Shown one piece after another: positions 61,581-64,000 of a DNA stretch of 64,000 nt. The notes beneath the pieces are model-generated. The model ran no database searches. It saw only the letters and a program-made list of their open reading frames with translations, and was not told the origin of the DNA. The stretch's first letter is position 1; each line of letters begins with the position of its first letter. The DNA comes from Acidimicrobiia bacterium (GTDB taxonomy: Bacteria > Actinomycetota > Acidimicrobiia > Spongiisociales > ZC4RG35): positions 32,001 through 96,000 of the forward strand of contig OZ244034.1 in the NCBI GenBank assembly GCA_965215185.1, in the 5' to 3' direction. The translations under genes were made by a program, and so were the position numbers.

Positions 61581-62178
61581 GCGGTACCTCCGCGGGGGTC
61601 AGTCCCCTCTTGCTTGCATACTCCCACAACGCTTTTCGGAGCGTATTTCTTCCCCGATGCAACCGCGACATTACGGTTCCCATGGGAAGATCCAGCGTTT
61701 GGGCTATCTCTTTGTACGACAAACCCTCCACATCGGCCAGCAGCACCGGTATGCGATAGATGACCGGGAGGTCCTCGATCGCGTCTACAATGTCGGATTC
61801 GAAGATCTGCTCGATGATCTGATCCTCGGGCGCTCTGGCCCAGGATCGGACTTGCTCATAAGCGTTTGACCGGTAGGCCGTCAGTTCCCCGCCCTCATCA
61901 AATTCCGTTTCCATAGGGCGCCGGGAACGGCGGCGGTACTCGTTGATAAAGGTATTGGTGAGGATGCGAAACATCCACGCCCTGAGATTCGTTCCTTCTT
62001 GGAAAGTGTGATACCCCCGGAAGGCTCTCAACAGGGTCTCCTGCACGAGGTCTTCGGCATCGGCGCGGTTACGAGCCAGGCGAAGCCCCATTCCGTAAAG
62101 TTGAGGCACCAACCCCGCTACGTCATCCTGAAAACTGTCGCGATCCGCCACACCACCAACGGTAGCGACTCTCGACAT
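61573..62178 (-). CDS. ECF sigma factor, SigR/SigH-like
   Basis: DAEDLVQET, FQEGTNLRAWMFRILTNTFIN.YR, ADVEGLSYKEIA, GTVMSRLHRGR; start ATG 62178 (alternative TTG 62274). Confidence 0.92.
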   Translation of the reverse strand: MSRVATVGGVADRDSFQDDVAGLVPQLYGMGLRLARNRADAEDLVQETLLRAFRGYHTFQEGTNLRAWMFRILTNTFINEYRRRSRRPMETEFDEGGELTAYRSNAYEQVRSWARAPEDQIIEQIFESDIVDAIEDLPVIYRIPVLLADVEGLSYKEIAQTLDLPMGTVMSRLHRGRNTLRKALWEYASKRGLTPAEVPHV

Positions 62179-62570
62179 CCCCGACTCCGCTTTATGCGCC
62201 TCGGCGAGCGGCCAGAGGCGGCAGGTCCCCGGAGGTTCTTGATCCGGCGCCAAGCGCTTCAACTCCTGCTCCAAAGGGAGCCGAGGCTTTCAGCGAGACT
62301 GCCTTTGTTCACAAGACAACGGGACAACTACCGGTCATAAATGGATGATGAGGTACGGCAGAGCATCAGTTTTTGACCGGTGTTTCATTGAGCGACACAG
62401 GAAAAGGATCGCGAAAAGTTTCCTTGCGGGCTCTTCCCCACCGCCACTTTTCCATGGGTTGAACAAGCTACGCCCAGCCGGGTACAGGGCTTGTTTCATC
62501 AGAAAATATGATCCCTCAACGCGGCCCGAACGACGTCGGAACGAAACGCTCTTGGTGTTTGGCTTCTACC

Positions 62571-62599
62571 AATGTGCACTATCTGTGGGACAGTGTCAA
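62571..62599 (-). promoter_or_regulatory. Candidate housekeeping-sigma promoter far upstream of the ECF sigma gene
   Basis: TTGACA (62599-62594), 17 nt, CACATT (62576-62571). Confidence 0.5.
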
Positions 62600-62666
62600 T
62601 CCCCTGGCCGCCGGTTTCTTCCCAGTTCGGTGACGAAGTCGGCAGGAATAGCCGGAAAAAACACCC

Positions 62667-63464
62667 CTACCGATTTGGCCAGTTCTCTGTTCTCTCCAAC
62701 CTGTCCAGCAGCTTTCCCAGCGTCGCAATGGAGTCCACCACCGCATCAGGCGCGGGGGAGGAGGGGGGAGTTGCGGTGACTCCGGTGAGGGCCAACACCG
62801 AATACCAGCCCGCGTTGGCGGCCATTTGCAGATCCGTATCGGGTCGGTCTCCCACCATTATCACTTTGGAGGAAGAGAGGTGTTCGCTGATCAGGCGGAT
62901 CATGGATGGATAAGGTTTGCCCGCTGCCTGGGCACGCTGACCGGTGGCGTACTCGACGGCCGCCACCACCGCTCCGGCCGCTGGCCAGATTCCATCGTCG
63001 GTGGGAAAGCTGCGGTCGGTGTTAGTGGCGATCAGCCTGGCGCCCGCCCATACCGCCCGGCAGACGTCACGCAGCCGTTCGTAGGAAAGGTTTGGCGGGA
63101 AACCCACCAAAGCGGCGCCCGCTTTCCGCCAGTCTTCCACTACTTCCACGCCGATTGCTTCTAGAGCCTCCACTATTCCTTGCCCGCCCAGAATCACCGA
63201 AGGAGGGCGGTCCGGAAGCAAAAGGCGGGCGGCTGCCATCGCCGAGGTGAATACCTGGTCGACCCGGGCCGAATAGCCGGTGGCGTGAAGGATTTTCTGG
63301 GCCACTGCCGAACGGGTACGACTGGAGTTGTTTGTGCAGAACAGCACCTGATAGCCCCTCTGCTCTATCTCGGTCAAGGTCTTCCCTGCCCCAGGTACCC
63401 CTTTGTTGCCGAGGTAGACGACACCGTCGAGGTCGAAGATCACCGTGCCGGCTGCGGTGTTCAC
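62667..63464 (-). CDS. HAD-IIA hydrolase (NagD-like)
   Basis: FDLDGV, TNNS, ATNTD, GKP, MVGDRPDTD, LTG; GTG start overlapping the Nudix stop. Confidence 0.93.
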   Translation of the reverse strand: MNTAAGTVIFDLDGVVYLGNKGVPGAGKTLTEIEQRGYQVLFCTNNSSRTRSAVAQKILHATGYSARVDQVFTSAMAAARLLLPDRPPSVILGGQGIVEALEAIGVEVVEDWRKAGAALVGFPPNLSYERLRDVCRAVWAGARLIATNTDRSFPTDDGIWPAAGAVVAAVEYATGQRAQAAGKPYPSMIRLISEHLSSSKVIMVGDRPDTDLQMAANAGWYSVLALTGVTATPPSSPAPDAVVDSIATLGKLLDRLERTENWPNR

Positions 63465-63883
63465 AAGGTATTCAGCAGGCAGATCATGGAAGGAACCAAC
63501 GGGTAATCTCGGATTGTCTCCAAAGGGACCCAACGAATGTCGGCTGCGTCGTCACCGGCTTGGAGTTTTCCTCCCACCACTTCAGCCCAAAAGTCGACCA
63601 AGGCGAAATGCCAGGCCGGTGGCGACCTCGGATCCACCGCCTCACCGGCCCAGGCCACCGGGCCTATTTTCACCTCCAGGCCGGTCTCCTCCCGAGCTTC
63701 CCGCCGGGCCGCTTCCCGCCAAGTTTCCCCCCACCGGACTTTGCCGCCCGGCACCGCCCACTGTCCGATTCCCACCCCCTGGCCGCGCTGCACGATCAGC
63801 AATCTATTCCGGTCATCCACGATCACCACCCCCACCCCCGGTATTGGGCTACGCGTCTTCGATCTCCCCACAGGCGCCATCAC
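63461..63883 (-). CDS. Nudix hydrolase
   Basis: PGGKVRWGETWREAARREAREETGL Nudix box, AGDDA. Confidence 0.93.
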   Translation of the reverse strand: MMAPVGRSKTRSPIPGVGVVIVDDRNRLLIVQRGQGVGIGQWAVPGGKVRWGETWREAARREAREETGLEVKIGPVAWAGEAVDPRSPPAWHFALVDFWAEVVGGKLQAGDDAADIRWVPLETIRDYPLVPSMICLLNTL

Positions 63884-64000
63884 CGGACCGGTTGGGTGAT
63901 GGCGCGACCCGGATTGCCGCCTACCAGAGAACGCATGGGGGCGCTTGTCAAAGACAGTCGGTGCAGATGCTGGACCTGGGAGAGGATTTTTGGGTAATTC

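Noticed and set aside
62280-62570. Ms1/6S-like RNA next to a HAD gene
   Set aside because: The neighbour is HAD-IIA rather than the usual Ms1-linked HAD, and I could not see the long central-bubble duplex; kept only as an unassigned leader.

Overview
A GC-rich, gene-dense chromosomal window from an actinobacterium. PafA/PafBC, DUF3499, a SigR/RsrA-type pair and LpdA support this; Acidimicrobiia is my guess. In order, it holds: the 3' part of rpoC; a three-gene surface-polysaccharide set; a PASTA-containing class A PBP; an acyl-CoA mutase large subunit with lpdA; pafA-pafB-pafC; several catabolic enzymes; tandem MFS paralogs; a two-component system with HtrA; a cobalamin riboswitch with a B12 uptake/salvage operon; a mannose/ahcY cluster; pncB and pncA separated by an accessory block carrying a decayed, divergent EPSPS-like gene; and the lysS-coaX-panC-ftsH-hpt-tilS-rsrA-sigR region. 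I found no rRNA, tRNA, CRISPR array or transposase. The most striking unexplained signal is a candidate small RNA upstream of lysS (about 54283-54425, minus strand). It has a TTGACA-17-TATCAT promoter, three hairpins each showing a CCCCUCCC loop, and its own terminator. A second, shorter C-rich candidate RNA lies at about 6703-6760, and many genes look leaderless. Other notable items are an apparent ATA start codon for phosphomannomutase and two decayed duplication scars. All product calls come from motif recognition, not database searches.
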